From assembly GCA_902800025.1 (NCBI GenBank), contig CADCDA010000003.1:102372-166371 (forward strand): 64,000 bases of DNA, read 5' to 3'. The position numbers were made by a program, and so were the translations under genes. The notes under the pieces were generated by a model. The model made no database searches. It was not told the DNA's origin and worked only from the letters and a program-made list of their open reading frames with translations. This stretch comes from an uncultured Erysipelotrichaceae bacterium. GTDB lineage: Bacteria; Bacillota_I; Bacilli_A; RFN20; CAG-826. Shown in pieces: positions 11,289 through 22,500 of the stretch; the first letter of the stretch is position 1; each line of letters begins with the position of its first letter.

Positions 11289-12803
11289 TTAATTTTCTTC
11301 TTTATAGAGTTCTTGGAACTTCGTAATCAAAGTAACGAACTTATTCTCATTTTCAGAAGTAATCTCTTTCTTTTCTTTGATATCGTTAAGAACGCTCTTA
11401 TCAGCGCTTTGAACATATTCATAGGCTTTATTTAAATAGCTATTAATCTTATTTTTTTCTAAGTCATCTAAATATTTATTTTTTGCCATGAAGAGATAAA
11501 ATATCTCTTTTTCAAGTGGATAAGGGTTGTATTGAGGTTGTTTTAAGACCTCAAGAAGCGCTTCACCATGTTTTAAAATTGAGATGGTAGCGTTATCAAG
11601 ATCACTACCAAATTGGGAGAAGGATTTCATTTCTTCGAAGTTCGCTAAATCGATTTTTAAACTTCTTGCGACTTGTTTCATCGCTTTAGTTTGCGCTGCT
11701 CCTCCTACACGAGAGACAGATAAGCCAGCGTCAATTGCTGGTCTTTGACCAGCGTTAAATAAATCAGTCACGAGGAAGATTTGTCCATCAGTAATAGAGA
11801 TGACATTGGTAGGAATATAAGCAGAGATATCACCTGATTGAGTTTCAACAATTGGTAAAGCAGTAATTGAACCACCACCATATTTATCATCTAACTTACA
11901 CGATCTTTCAAGTAATCTACTATGTAAATAGAAGACATCACCTGGATAAGCTTCTCTTCCTGGGCTTCTTTTTAATAAAAGGGATAATTCACGATAACTA
12001 ACCGCATGTTTGCTTAAATCATCATAGACGATTAAAACATCCTTGCCTTGGTGCATCCATTCTTCGGCCATCGCCACTCCACTATAAGGAGCAACATATA
12101 GCATAGGTGCAGGCTCACTTGCGGTGGCGCTCACAATTAATGTGTAAGAGAGCGCATCGTGTGATTTGAGTTTGTCAACGATTTGAGCAACAGTGGAATT
12201 CTTTTGTCCAATCGCGACATAGATGCAAAGAACATCTTTGCCTTTTTGATTAATAATTGTGTCAATTGCAATTGCGGTTTTTCCGGTTTGACGGTCACCG
12301 ATAATTAATTCTCTTTGGCCTCTTCCGATAGGAGTAATTGCATCAATCATGGTGATGCCAGTTTCTAAAGGAGTATCAACACTCTTACGAGTGATAACAC
12401 CTGGAGCGATAACTTCAATCGGTCTGAGTTTATTTGTTTTAATCTCACCTAATCCATCGATTGGTTGACCAAGCGCATTTACCACTCTTCCAAGTAAAGC
12501 ATCTCCAACAGGGACTTCCATAACGCGTTTTGTGCGTTTGACTTCGTCTCCTTCTTTAATCAAAGAATCATCGCCTAAAAGAACTGCGCCGACATGATCG
12601 ACTTCAAGATTCATTACTAAACCATAAATATCATGCGGGAATAGTAAAAGCTCACCGAGCATTGCTTCACTTAATCCATAGACTAAAGCAATACCATCTC
12701 CAACAGTGATAACGGTTCCAACATCGCTACTATCGATGTCACGTTTATAATTTTTGATTTGTTCTTTGATTAAAGCACTGATTTCATTCGTCTTTAATTT
12801 CAT
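11289..12803 (-). CDS. atpA: F1 ATP synthase alpha subunit
   Basis: P-loop [18 protein letters not shown]. 504 aa. Confidence 0.95.
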   Translation of the reverse strand: MKLKTNEISALIKEQIKNYKRDIDSSDVGTVITVGDGIALVYGLSEAMLGELLLFPHDIYGLVMNLEVDHVGAVLLGDDSLIKEGDEVKRTKRVMEVPVGDALLGRVVNALGQPIDGLGEIKTNKLRPIEVIAPGVITRKSVDTPLETGITMIDAITPIGRGQRELIIGDRQTGKTAIAIDTIINQKGKDVLCIYVAIGQKNSTVAQIVDKLKSHDALSYTLIVSATASEPAPMLYVAPYSGVAMAEEWMHQGKDVLIVYDDLSKHAVSYRELSLLLKRSPGREAYPGDVFYLHSRLLERSCKLDDKYGGGSITALPIVETQSGDISAYIPTNVISITDGQIFLVTDLFNAGQRPAIDAGLSVSRVGGAAQTKAMKQVARSLKIDLANFEEMKSFSQFGSDLDNATISILKHGEALLEVLKQPQYNPYPLEKEIFYLFMAKNKYLDDLEKNKINSYLNKAYEYVQSADKSVLNDIKEKKEITSENENKFVTLITKFQELYKEEN

Positions 12804-12814
12804 AGACTATCCTC

Positions 12815-13342
12815 CTATTTAAGTAAGGCACTCTTCATATCATTAATATGATGTTTGACACTGCCATCATATATATGATCATTTATAACGACTTTGACTC
12901 CTCCAATTAATGTAGGGTCAATAATATTTCTAAGTTCTACCGGTCGATTTTCAATAGAACCGATGGTGTCTGTCAGTTTCTTTAACTGACTATCGGTAAG
13001 TTTTTCAGTTGAATAAACTAACCCTTCTGTTACACCTCGATACTCGTTCACTAAAGAATTAAATCCATCAAAGATATCGATAATATATTTCGCTCTATGG
13101 TTGGTGACGATGATCTTTAAGAAATTTTTAATTTCTTCATCTACTCCTTTTAAAGCTTTATCAATGATGTCGATTTTCTCGTCAATTGATTTATAAGAAG
13201 AATCAAGAAGCACGATGAAATCTGGGTTTTCTAATAAAACCTTTTTTAATTCTCTAACTTCGCTTTGAGCGTCTAACAATTTGTTTTCATCTCTTTTAAG
13301 CGAATACAACGCTTCTGCGTATCGTGAGGTGATTTCTTTCAT
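12815..13342 (-). CDS. atpH: F1 ATP synthase delta subunit (OSCP)
   Basis: 175 aa at the position between atpF and atpA. Confidence 0.8.
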   Translation of the reverse strand: MKEITSRYAEALYSLKRDENKLLDAQSEVRELKKVLLENPDFIVLLDSSYKSIDEKIDIIDKALKGVDEEIKNFLKIIVTNHRAKYIIDIFDGFNSLVNEYRGVTEGLVYSTEKLTDSQLKKLTDTIGSIENRPVELRNIIDPTLIGGVKVVINDHIYDGSVKHHINDMKSALLK

Positions 13343-13345
13343 AGA

Positions 13346-13924
13346 CTAGTTCTTCTTTTTAACTTCCTCGACAAATTCTTCAATTAAACGGGCATTGTCT
13401 TTAGAAGAGACTTCTCTTCCAAGCAACTCGCTTGAAGCATCTAAAGCGACCGAAACAATTTCTTTTTTGATTTGTTCTTGGGCTTCGATTTCCATACGAG
13501 CTATATCGTTTTCAGCATCTTTTTTCATCTTATTAGCTTCGTTTTGGGCTTGCTCTAAGATGACCGCTCTTTCTTTTTGAGCGTCATTCTTTGCTTCGGC
13601 AACGATATCCGCCGCCGTCCTTTCGCTAGCTAGGACTGTTTCTTTTGATTTGAGTTCATTTTCTTGCCAAACAGCTTTGCTCTTTTCGGCTTCTTTAATA
13701 TTGTTTTCAATATAGTCTTGTCTTTTAGCGATAATCTTTTTCACTGGTTTATAAGCGAAAATGATCACGACAGTAATGAGGACGATTAAAGCACCTACTT
13801 GGGCAACAAAACTTGGCCAATTAGGAATAAGCTTGCTAGTGAAATCTGTAGCATTCAAATCAATTGAACAACTAGTTAATAAAAACACTAGCGGCAAAGA
13901 AAATAATAATTTTCTCTTTTTCAT
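13346..13924 (-). CDS. atpF: Fo ATP synthase subunit b with an N-terminal lipoprotein-type signal (lipobox LLTSCS)
   Basis: MKKRKLLFSLPLVFLLTSCS, then a TM helix and a long charged coiled coil. Position is between atpE and atpH. Confidence 0.8.
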   Translation of the reverse strand: MKKRKLLFSLPLVFLLTSCSIDLNATDFTSKLIPNWPSFVAQVGALIVLITVVIIFAYKPVKKIIAKRQDYIENNIKEAEKSKAVWQENELKSKETVLASERTAADIVAEAKNDAQKERAVILEQAQNEANKMKKDAENDIARMEIEAQEQIKKEIVSVALDASSELLGREVSSKDNARLIEEFVEEVKKKN

Positions 13925-13937
13925 TTAGTCCTCCTTA

Positions 13938-14153
13938 CTATGCAACGAAAATGATTAAAATAGCGGTAACAAGCGCGTAAATAGCGGTTGTTTCGACAAG
14001 AGCACAAGCAACGATCATGTTGGCTCTGAGTTTGGAATACATTTCTGGATTTCTACTCATACCATCGATTGATTTGGTACAAACCCATGCTTCACCAAAC
14101 GCGGATGGCATAACTGCTAAAATAGCAATTGCAGCGGCTAATGCGTTAGTCAT
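13938..14153 (-). CDS. atpE: Fo ATP synthase subunit c (proteolipid)
   Basis: 71-aa two-helix hairpin with the conserved acidic residue in ALVETTAIYALV. Confidence 0.9.
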   Translation of the reverse strand: MTNALAAAIAILAVMPSAFGEAWVCTKSIDGMSRNPEMYSKLRANMIVACALVETTAIYALVTAILIIFVA

Positions 14154-14154
14154 G

Positions 14155-15003
14155 TTATCTTCCTCCTTTTACTGATAATTCTTCTATATCTCCTTCTTGA
14201 GGACCTTCATTAGCGATAAAGATCATCGACAAGAAGAGGAACACTGTTGTTTGGATAAGACCTGAGAAGAGGTCAAAATAGGCGTGTAACACAGGAGTAA
14301 TAATAGGCGCGATAAAGCTACCGATACCCATATCTTGAGGAATGCCGTTAACAATAAATCTTATCGCTCCTTCTCCAATACCGTTAAACGCTCCATAGAC
14401 AAGAGTCATAAGAGTCCAACCCGCTAAAGCGTTACCAAATAAACGCATCGTGAGTGAGAGTAAAGGCGCCCACATTGAAACTAAGTTAATTGGTAAGAAC
14501 ACAGGGATTGGTTCAATATAACGTTTAAAATATCGCCATTTATTGAATCTAATCGCATTCGCGTGAATAAATACGAATGTGAATAGGCCTAAAGATAGAG
14601 GAGTGGCTAAATACACCATAGGTGATGGTAAACCAGTTAATCCCCAAATAAAGGCGATAAATAAATAAGATATAACAGCGAGTAAGAAGCCACCGAATCC
14701 ACGGTACTCTTTTCCCATGAACTCCTCCACCATTCCATCAAAGAAATTAATTAAAACTTCAAAGAGGAAGAGAATTCCTTTTGGCTTTTTAAGTGGATCA
14801 GCGAATCTCGCTCTTATAGCAACATAAAAAGAAAGTAAGCAGATAATGCCAACGATAATTAAAGACGAGATTGTCGCGCCAGATAACCCAGAACTTGCAT
14901 CTAGGAATTGACCAGCAATATCAAATCCACCAGTTTCTTGAGCAAAAACTGTATTAAGCATATTACTCCTTTCTTTGCTTTCTAATGATGTGAAGGAGAG
15001 CAA
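14155..15003 (-). CDS. atpB: Fo ATP synthase subunit a
   Basis: 282-aa polytopic protein with the conserved Arg in SLTMRLFGNALAG. Confidence 0.9.
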   Translation of the reverse strand: MLSFTSLESKERSNMLNTVFAQETGGFDIAGQFLDASSGLSGATISSLIIVGIICLLSFYVAIRARFADPLKKPKGILFLFEVLINFFDGMVEEFMGKEYRGFGGFLLAVISYLFIAFIWGLTGLPSPMVYLATPLSLGLFTFVFIHANAIRFNKWRYFKRYIEPIPVFLPINLVSMWAPLLSLTMRLFGNALAGWTLMTLVYGAFNGIGEGAIRFIVNGIPQDMGIGSFIAPIITPVLHAYFDLFSGLIQTTVFLFLSMIFIANEGPQEGDIEELSVKGGR

Positions 15004-15382
15004 AGATAATTACTCCCACTGTATAGATACCAACAAAGGTAAATATGTTGAATAATTTAATTCCCCATCGATAATACATTAAACCCATCAAAATCAACAC
15101 TATTGTGATGACAACTAAACGGAGAGCGATAGAAACAATACTAAATGTCGCACTTGCTCTTCTAACATCAATCATGATGAGGAAATGGGATATGATGTAA
15201 AGTCCACTGATTACTACCCCAGAAAAAATAAAGCCTAAAGGAATATGAATGTAATCAGTTGGAAGTAGAAAGCTAGACGCAGCAAACGCGAGGATGGCGA
15301 TAACACCAACCAATGTTGCAGTTAATAAGCATTCATCTAACTTCCTAATTAATTTCATTATTTCACTAATACTTTCTTCCAA
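14963..15382 (-). CDS. atpI: small polytopic membrane protein in the AtpI/AtpZ position at the head of the atp operon. The start is uncertain (M1 at 15382 or M9 at 15358)
   Basis: 139 aa with 4 predicted TM helices. It overlaps the atpB start by 41 nt and sits immediately downstream of pfp. Confidence 0.45.
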   Translation of the reverse strand: MEESISEIMKLIRKLDECLLTATLVGVIAILAFAASSFLLPTDYIHIPLGFIFSGVVISGLYIISHFLIMIDVRRASATFSIVSIALRLVVITIVLILMGLMYYRWGIKLFNIFTFVGIYTVGVIIFALLHIIRKQRKE

Positions 15383-16560
15383 TTCGCCATCAAGACGATG
15401 CCGCCTTTGGTTTTAAGTTCAACTTCGCCTTCAATAAGAGGTGCGATATAGTCTTTAAATTCTTGAGACATTCTGGTGTTATCAACCATCATAGATGGTT
15501 TAATGACGCTTTCAGCGTTTGCCACCAAGGAAACGTCTGCTAATTGATATTCAATTTTATATGGAGATTGGCTGACTCTCTTAAAGATAATCATCTTACC
15601 AGTTTCACCAGCTAATGCAGCCTTCACCGCTCTTCTACCGGTTTCAATAGCTTCTTCTCTATCAACTCTAGAAATCGCAAATGGACATGCTCTTTGAGTT
15701 AAGGAGAACTCCACTGCTCTAGTTGGTAAGCCTAATCTCTTCTCAATGATGTCGCAAAGTCCTGCGGCAGCACCACCGAGTTGAGCGTGGCCAAAGCCAT
15801 CAACCCTAGAGCTCTTATTGCTTCTTTCAAATTCAATACCTTCAGAGATACAAACCATTCCATAACCGAATCTGTCATAAACTTCTTTAACTTCGACAAG
15901 GAATTTTTCTAAGTCGAATTTGTTTTCTGGAATATAGATAAGATGTGGTCTAGTTGCTTCTGGAAGGATATCAGCACACGCTGTTAACCAGCCAGCGTTT
16001 CTACCCATGATTTCAACGACGTGGATTTTACCAACTTTGAAGCAGCAAGCATCCATACTTAACGCATTGATGGTGTTGATAACGAATTTTGCAGCACTTG
16101 GGAAACCTAAAGAGTGGTCTGTACACGCTAAGTCATTATCAATGGTTTTTGGAACGCCCATAACTCTGACATCGAGTCCGAGTTCTTGACATAAGTTAGA
16201 TAACTTGTTACAAGTATCCATTGAGTCATTACCACCATTGACGAAGACATATTTGATTCCTCTTCTTTTAAGAGTGTCAACAATCTTCATATAGACTGGG
16301 TCATGAACATCTTTAGGAAGTTTTCTTCTTGTTGTTCCTAAGATACTGCCTGGTGTTTGAAGCAAGAGTTCGATTTGTTCATCATCTTCTTGATCGATAT
16401 CGATGAGCTTGTCATCAATCATTCCTTCAATACCATTTAATGAACCATAGATATGATCGATTTCATCTCTATGTAATTTTGCTTCTTTGATCGCCCCATA
16501 TAGTGAGGTGTTGATAACGGAGGTTGGTCCTCCGGATTGAATATATACCATGTTCTTCAT
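15358..16560 (-). CDS. pfp: 6-phosphofructokinase, probably the pyrophosphate-dependent type (Pfp)
   Basis: PFK family motifs GGNDS (an Asp at the Gly104-equivalent of GGDGS), GVPKTIDNDL (Lys rather than Gly before TIDND, the PPi-type signature) and MGRNAGWL. 400 aa. Confidence 0.8.
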   Translation of the reverse strand: MKNMVYIQSGGPTSVINTSLYGAIKEAKLHRDEIDHIYGSLNGIEGMIDDKLIDIDQEDDEQIELLLQTPGSILGTTRRKLPKDVHDPVYMKIVDTLKRRGIKYVFVNGGNDSMDTCNKLSNLCQELGLDVRVMGVPKTIDNDLACTDHSLGFPSAAKFVINTINALSMDACCFKVGKIHVVEIMGRNAGWLTACADILPEATRPHLIYIPENKFDLEKFLVEVKEVYDRFGYGMVCISEGIEFERSNKSSRVDGFGHAQLGGAAAGLCDIIEKRLGLPTRAVEFSLTQRACPFAISRVDREEAIETGRRAVKAALAGETGKMIIFKRVSQSPYKIEYQLADVSLVANAESVIKPSMMVDNTRMSQEFKDYIAPLIEGEVELKTKGGIVLMANWKKVLVK

Positions 16561-16730
16561 AAATAATACTTTCTCCTAATAACAATGATAATATTATCTT
16601 ATTAATAATATAATATTCAATAAAAACCGAAAAAACCGATACATTTTAATGTAAAACCAATAAAAACATTTGATTATATCTACGCTATACCATAGAATAT
16701 TTATGCATTCGAAAGATAAGGAGAACTGTT

Positions 16731-18371
16731 ATGTCATTTAACATTACTTTTAATGGCGAGCAAAAAACTTATACAAAACCTGTCACAGTACTTGATATTG
16801 TTGGCACCGATAAGTCAATTGTATGCGCCTATGTCAACAATCGAGTGAGAGAACTTACATATATTCTTGAAAAGGACGCAACTGTCGTACCACTTACCTG
16901 CAAGGATCGTGATGCTAAGCAAACATATGAAGCTTCATTAAGATTCTTAGTGGCTATGGCTATGCATAATATTCATCCAGAAGCTAGTGTTAGATTCTCA
17001 TATAACATTTCTAGAGCGGTCTTTATGCAAATCTTGACCCCATCAGTTGTCGCTAATAACACATTAGTGAAAGAGCTCGTCGAAGAAATGAACCGCATTG
17101 TTGATGCCGACTATCCTTTAGTGAGATCAATTCTTTCTAAAGAAGAAGCCAAGAAAATTTTAGAAAAAGCAGGCGAAAAAGATAAATTAGAAATTCTTCA
17201 ATATCGTCCTGAAAAAACATGCCATTTATATGACTGTAATGGATATAAAAACTATATGTACAATCGTATGGTTCCATCCACTGGTTATATTAAAAAATGG
17301 AGAATCAGATACTACCATCCAGGTGTTCTCATCCAATATCCAAGAGAAGAAGAAGGCGGAGAAATTCCAGCATTTGAAGATTCCCCAACATTTGGAAAAA
17401 CCCTTAAGAGAGCCCATGAATGGGCGGTTGCAACTCGTTTCGATAGTATCGTAAACATCAACCATCGTATCGAAGAAGATGGTGATATCGACGTTATCAC
17501 TTTAGGCGAGCAAAGACACAACCGCCAACTCTGCGAACTTGGTGAATTAATTGAAGGCGATAAAGAAAACATTCGTTTAATTTGTATCGCTGGACCATCA
17601 TCAAGTGGTAAAACAACATTCGCGAATAGATTAAGAATCGAACTCTTATCTCGTGGTATCGATCCAATTAGAATTTCTATGGATGACTACTATAAGAGCA
17701 AAGACCAAGTCCCATTAGATGAAAACGGAGAACCAGATTTAGAATCAGTTGACGCATTAGACGTTGAACTCTTCAACCAAAATATGGCGGACCTCATCGC
17801 TGGAGAAACAGTCGAGTTACCAAAATTCGATTTCAAACTCGGTCATCGTGTTAAAGGTCGTACATTAAGCATCCCTGAAGATCAACCAATTATTATTGAA
17901 GGTATCCACGCGCTTAATGACAGAATGACCCAATCCATTCCTCAACACCAAAAATTCAAAATCTTCATTGCTCCTCAAGGACAAATCAACATTGATAACC
18001 ACAACCCATTGAGTCTTACTGATTTAAGACTATTAAGAAGAATCGTTCGTGACTATCAATTCAGAGGCGCAAGCGCACTTGAAACAATGTCCATGTGGGC
18101 AAGCGTTAGAAAAGGTGAATTCAAGTGGATTTATCGCACTCAAGAAGGCGCAAATTATGTCTTCAATTCCTTCCTTCCTGAAGAATTATCAGTTATGAAG
18201 AAATACGCGATGCCACTACTTACTTCCATCGAACAAGAAAACCCATATTTCCCTGTCGCTGAAAGATTAATCAGAATGCTTAAATTCTTCGATGACATGT
18301 CAGATCAATGGGTTCCATGTAATTCTATTCTTAGAGAATTCATCGGTGGATCTTGTTACGCAGACGTGTAA
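16731..18371 (+). CDS. TGS-domain / uridine-cytidine-kinase-like (PRK family P-loop) fusion protein
   Basis: A ubiquitin-like N-terminal region is followed by a kinase core with the P-loop CIAGPSSSGKTTFANRL, then RISMDDYY. 546 aa. RBS AAGGAGA. Confidence 0.7.
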   Translation: MSFNITFNGEQKTYTKPVTVLDIVGTDKSIVCAYVNNRVRELTYILEKDATVVPLTCKDRDAKQTYEASLRFLVAMAMHNIHPEASVRFSYNISRAVFMQILTPSVVANNTLVKELVEEMNRIVDADYPLVRSILSKEEAKKILEKAGEKDKLEILQYRPEKTCHLYDCNGYKNYMYNRMVPSTGYIKKWRIRYYHPGVLIQYPREEEGGEIPAFEDSPTFGKTLKRAHEWAVATRFDSIVNINHRIEEDGDIDVITLGEQRHNRQLCELGELIEGDKENIRLICIAGPSSSGKTTFANRLRIELLSRGIDPIRISMDDYYKSKDQVPLDENGEPDLESVDALDVELFNQNMADLIAGETVELPKFDFKLGHRVKGRTLSIPEDQPIIIEGIHALNDRMTQSIPQHQKFKIFIAPQGQINIDNHNPLSLTDLRLLRRIVRDYQFRGASALETMSMWASVRKGEFKWIYRTQEGANYVFNSFLPEELSVMKKYAMPLLTSIEQENPYFPVAERLIRMLKFFDDMSDQWVPCNSILREFIGGSCYADV

Positions 18372-18384
18372 AATTATCACAAAC

Positions 18385-18416
18385 AAAAAAGGCTCACTTA
18401 TGTGAGTCTTTTATTT
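18385..18416. terminator. bidirectional intrinsic terminator between convergent genes
   Basis: AAAAAAGGCTCAC-ttat-GTGAGTCTTTTATTT. Confidence 0.6.
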
Positions 18417-19526
18417 GCCTTGTTTTATCTTTTTAAAGACCGCCATCTCACGAGTGTGGATGTTAATGAGTTGAGCGTAATACATCTTTCTCATTTCAAG
18501 ATATTTTTGTTTTCCATCGTCCCCTACTCTTAGGAAGAATAAGTTTCTAAAAACTTCTTCGATTCTAAAGAATGATTCATAAAGGTTGAGGATGGTTAGG
18601 TAATAGAAATATTTTTTGTTGCTATAAATAAGTAATGGAGTGCTATGAAGGATTTCACTACTAGTCATATAGATTTGTGAATATTGATGAAGACCCGCTA
18701 AAGTTTCTAGACCATCTCTAAAGTTGAGCTTAAAGTCTTTGATATCTTTAACATCAGGAATAGAAAGCATCCAACCATATTCGATGAATTTCTTCATATC
18801 TTTGCTCTTTAAACCTATCGCATTCATTTCTTCTTTGATTTGATTAAAGAGAACAGCTTGTTTTTCTTTATCAGTAAAAGCATCTTTATAAACTAGACCA
18901 TATTCCATGTGTTTAAGATAGGCATTAATCGCTACATCTTGATACTTTTCTAATAATATTAGAATGCATTCACATTCATGGAGTGTTCTCCACATAGTGA
19001 GAGCTTCGGTTTCATAGCCATCACATAATAAAGATAATGTACATCTAGCGATACTAAGAGATTTAGTAAGTAGATCAATAATCAAGGTGTTTTTTGGATC
19101 GTTTCTTTTATAACGAGTAACGATGTTAGACATCAAATTGATATATAACTCAATTGAGCTAATTGGTGGAAGATATCGATTTGTGAGTTTATCTTCGTGA
19201 TGATTATATAAGGAAAGTGATAAATATTTATCAGCGATGACGTTGCACATCATCTCACTAATCGATTCATTTTCCTCAAATCTTTTTACTGCTGCTTCAT
19301 CAAATCCACGAGTGGAATAGATGAATTCTCCTAATAAGTAATAGATTAAATCAATTGAATTGATTGTAATATTTCCAAATAATTGAGTGTTCTTACCAAT
19401 TTCTTGAATACCAGTGAAAGTTTGTTCATAAATCTCATAGAGAAAATCAACTTCACTTAAGTGAGGGGCGCTTATTTTTGAAATGATGATTTGAAATTCT
19501 TCTTTTTTAAGTAGATTATTCATCAT
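18411..19526 (-). CDS. hypothetical 371-aa cytoplasmic protein translationally coupled to addA. No recognisable domain
   Basis: The start ATGATG overlaps the addA stop by 11 nt (…GTT CAT GAT GAA TAA / ATG ATG AAT AAT…), with the SD GGGAGG just upstream. No TM segment. Cys-containing segments CDGYETEALTMWRTLHECECIL. Confidence 0.6.
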   Translation of the reverse strand: MMNNLLKKEEFQIIISKISAPHLSEVDFLYEIYEQTFTGIQEIGKNTQLFGNITINSIDLIYYLLGEFIYSTRGFDEAAVKRFEENESISEMMCNVIADKYLSLSLYNHHEDKLTNRYLPPISSIELYINLMSNIVTRYKRNDPKNTLIIDLLTKSLSIARCTLSLLCDGYETEALTMWRTLHECECILILLEKYQDVAINAYLKHMEYGLVYKDAFTDKEKQAVLFNQIKEEMNAIGLKSKDMKKFIEYGWMLSIPDVKDIKDFKLNFRDGLETLAGLHQYSQIYMTSSEILHSTPLLIYSNKKYFYYLTILNLYESFFRIEEVFRNLFFLRVGDDGKQKYLEMRKMYYAQLINIHTREMAVFKKIKQGK

Positions 19527-22500
19527 GAACCTCCCTGATTTCTCCCGTAATCGCAGCGAGTAGATACATCTTGATTGGTAAACTCGTCTTCTTTGATAGA
19601 TATGACTTATACACTTTTAGTTGCTTATCATATTCTATTTCATCAATATTCTTAAGTTTGAAATCGACTATGTCAATTTCGTTTTCTTTAATAATAAGAG
19701 CGTCGATATAACCTTGAACATTGTTTTCTTCGTCATAGAAACGATATTCGTGTCTAACTTGGCTATTATCGATATCTTTGAATAATGATGAATTCATTAC
19801 ATTATAAACGTATTTACGCATTTGTCTATTTTTAACATAATCTAGGGACTTAGTTTTTAAATCCATCTTCTCTAGATAAGCGTGCAATTCATTACCAAAG
19901 CTTAGTAAAGATTCATCAACGTCACTATCAACTTCCTTACTTGCTCGTAGTTTCACCACTTCTTTGGCGGGAACATTTATTTTCCTAAGCACTACTTTTG
20001 ACGTAACCTTTTCACTTTCATTAGCGGTTATTTCAACATTTTCACTAGTAAAAGCACTACTATATTTTGTTAACACATCACTAATTGAGAGGATTTCTTG
20101 CATGTTTTTGCTGTTTGTTGGTTTAGTAAACTTTTCGGTAGAGCCTTTATTTCCATTAAGTAAAATAATCTTTTCTTTCGCTCTTGTAATCGCTACATAT
20201 AAAAGTCTAATCTTCTCTTCGAAATCTGCTTTCTTGAGTTCCTCTTTAATCAAATGAATAAATAATGAGGATTTTTCTTCAGTAGAACTCGGGATGACCG
20301 CCCCATAAGTTTCAGATAATAAGAAGCTTGTAAAAATATCTTGTCTATTGAAATCTTTATTGAGCCCTGGATAGTAAATAATTGGATATTCAAGTCCTTT
20401 GGACTTATGAATGTTAATTAAAGTGATAGAGTTTTCTTGAGAATCGCTATCGCTATAATCGATATCTTGGTCCATCTTGTTGAGATCATCGAAATATGTC
20501 ACAAAGTCCTCAAGAGTGTAATTAAGTGCATCCATAGATTCGGATAAAGTGAGGAGATGTTCTAACTTATGGGTGTTTGGATAATACTGAGTGATCTTAC
20601 TGATTGCAGAGTAAATATCAAACTCTTCATATAAAGTGTTAAGTACTTTCTTAATAGGAGCAAATCTTAGTCTTTCTTTAATTAATTCAATCTTTTGAGC
20701 AAAGCTTTCTTTTAAGAAAGAATTATTCTTATGAATTTCATAAAGAACATCGTCGTGATATTCAAATAAAAACGAACGAGCGACGCTAAAGAAAGCATGT
20801 TTATATTCACTTTCATATTCACTATTAAGTGCATAATAAAGCATCTTCACTAAATTCTTCACTACTAAAGCAACGTCGCTCTTAAATAGAAGTTCTTTTG
20901 ATTCAACTTTGATTGGGATATTTGCTTTGGTGAACTCTCTTCGATAATCATCAAAAGATCCACCTCTATCAATAATGATTGCAAAGTCTTTAAATCCACA
21001 GTCTCGAGGGGCTTTCTTCTTGCCATCATAAACTTGGTATCTATTATGTATCTTGCTTAATATATCCTTAATAATTATATTAATTTCAATATTAAGAGCG
21101 TCTTTGGCTTTTTCGTATTCATAAGAATAAACCTCAGGCATATAGTTACAGTCTGGCTTATTGTCTTCGTATTCTGTTCTTCCAAATTCAAAATGATGCC
21201 CATTTGAGTAATCAATCGCATTAATTGATTTCTTCATGATTTGGGAGAAAAGGTCGTTAACAAAGTCCACGACTTCTTTTCTAGAACGGTAAGAAGTATT
21301 TAAATCAATTTCTTTGCCATCTTCTCCATTACGATATTTCTCATATTTTTCTTGGAAGATGTGGCAATCCGCACCTCTAAAACGGTAGATAGATTGTTTA
21401 ACATCACCCACCATATAGACGTTGTTTCTACTTATTGAAGATATGACCGTTTCTTGAATATCATTTGTATCTTGATACTCATCCACCATTATATAGTCAA
21501 AATGTTCAGATATCTCTTGTCTAATAACTTTGTTATTAAGTAATCGTAACACTAGCCTAGAGATATCGCCAAATGAGTAGGCGTTATGTTCTTTTTTAAA
21601 ATCATCTAATCTCTTTTCGACTTCAATAACAATTTCTAAAATCTTTGTGACGAATGGTTTGGTTTCCAAATATTGACGAACGATATCTTCTTTATTCCCA
21701 TAATCATTATCTTTGTTGATTTTGATCTTTTTGTTGTAGAAGTCCGCGATTTTGGTGCGGTATTCTCCATCAGTAGCTTCACTCTTTCTTGGTTTGGTCG
21801 GGAATTTAGAAGCATCTTTATCAGAAAGAACACGATATAGCTCATCATAATCATTGATTATTAATAGCTTATCTAAATGTTCTAAGATTTGATCGACATC
21901 ATCAATATCCTCAAGTTCTTGCGCTTTTTCATACAAGAATTCAATGTTATCATTGATTTCTTTCATTAACTCGTTGATAGAGAACGCCACCATTTCATTT
22001 GTATAGAAGTCATCTTTGAGGTGATTAAAGAAAGCGTAGTTATCGGCTTTTTTATCTCCGGTTTCCAAAATCTTGATGATGAAGTCTTTTAAGGAATCGT
22101 CGTTTTTAGAAACATAATTGTCCACGAGCATTAAGAAGTCTTTATCTTCTTTGACATAAAGCTCTTCTAAAACATCTTCAAGAAGAGTTTTTCTTTTTAT
22201 CGTAAGAATTGAGTTATCAATAATTGAAATATCTTTAGATATTCCTAACTCATAGAAGTATTTCTTTGCTAAATATAACGAGAAGGAATCGAATGTTTCA
22301 ATGTGAGCGTTATCAACCTCGGTCGCCATCGAAATGGTTTCTTCATCGTCTAAGAGTTTATTTCTCACTCTATTTTTCATTTCCGCTGCCGCTAAGTTGG
22401 TAAAAGTTAAAACTAGGAACTTATCCAAAGTCTTTTCTTCTTTAGCAATTCGATAAATTCTTTCTGTTAAAACAGCGGTTTTACCACTTCCAGCGCCTGC

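Noticed and set aside
17226-17572. Three overlapping small ORFs inside the TGS-kinase gene
   Set aside because: They are alternative frames of a confidently called 546-aa gene and show no independent signals.
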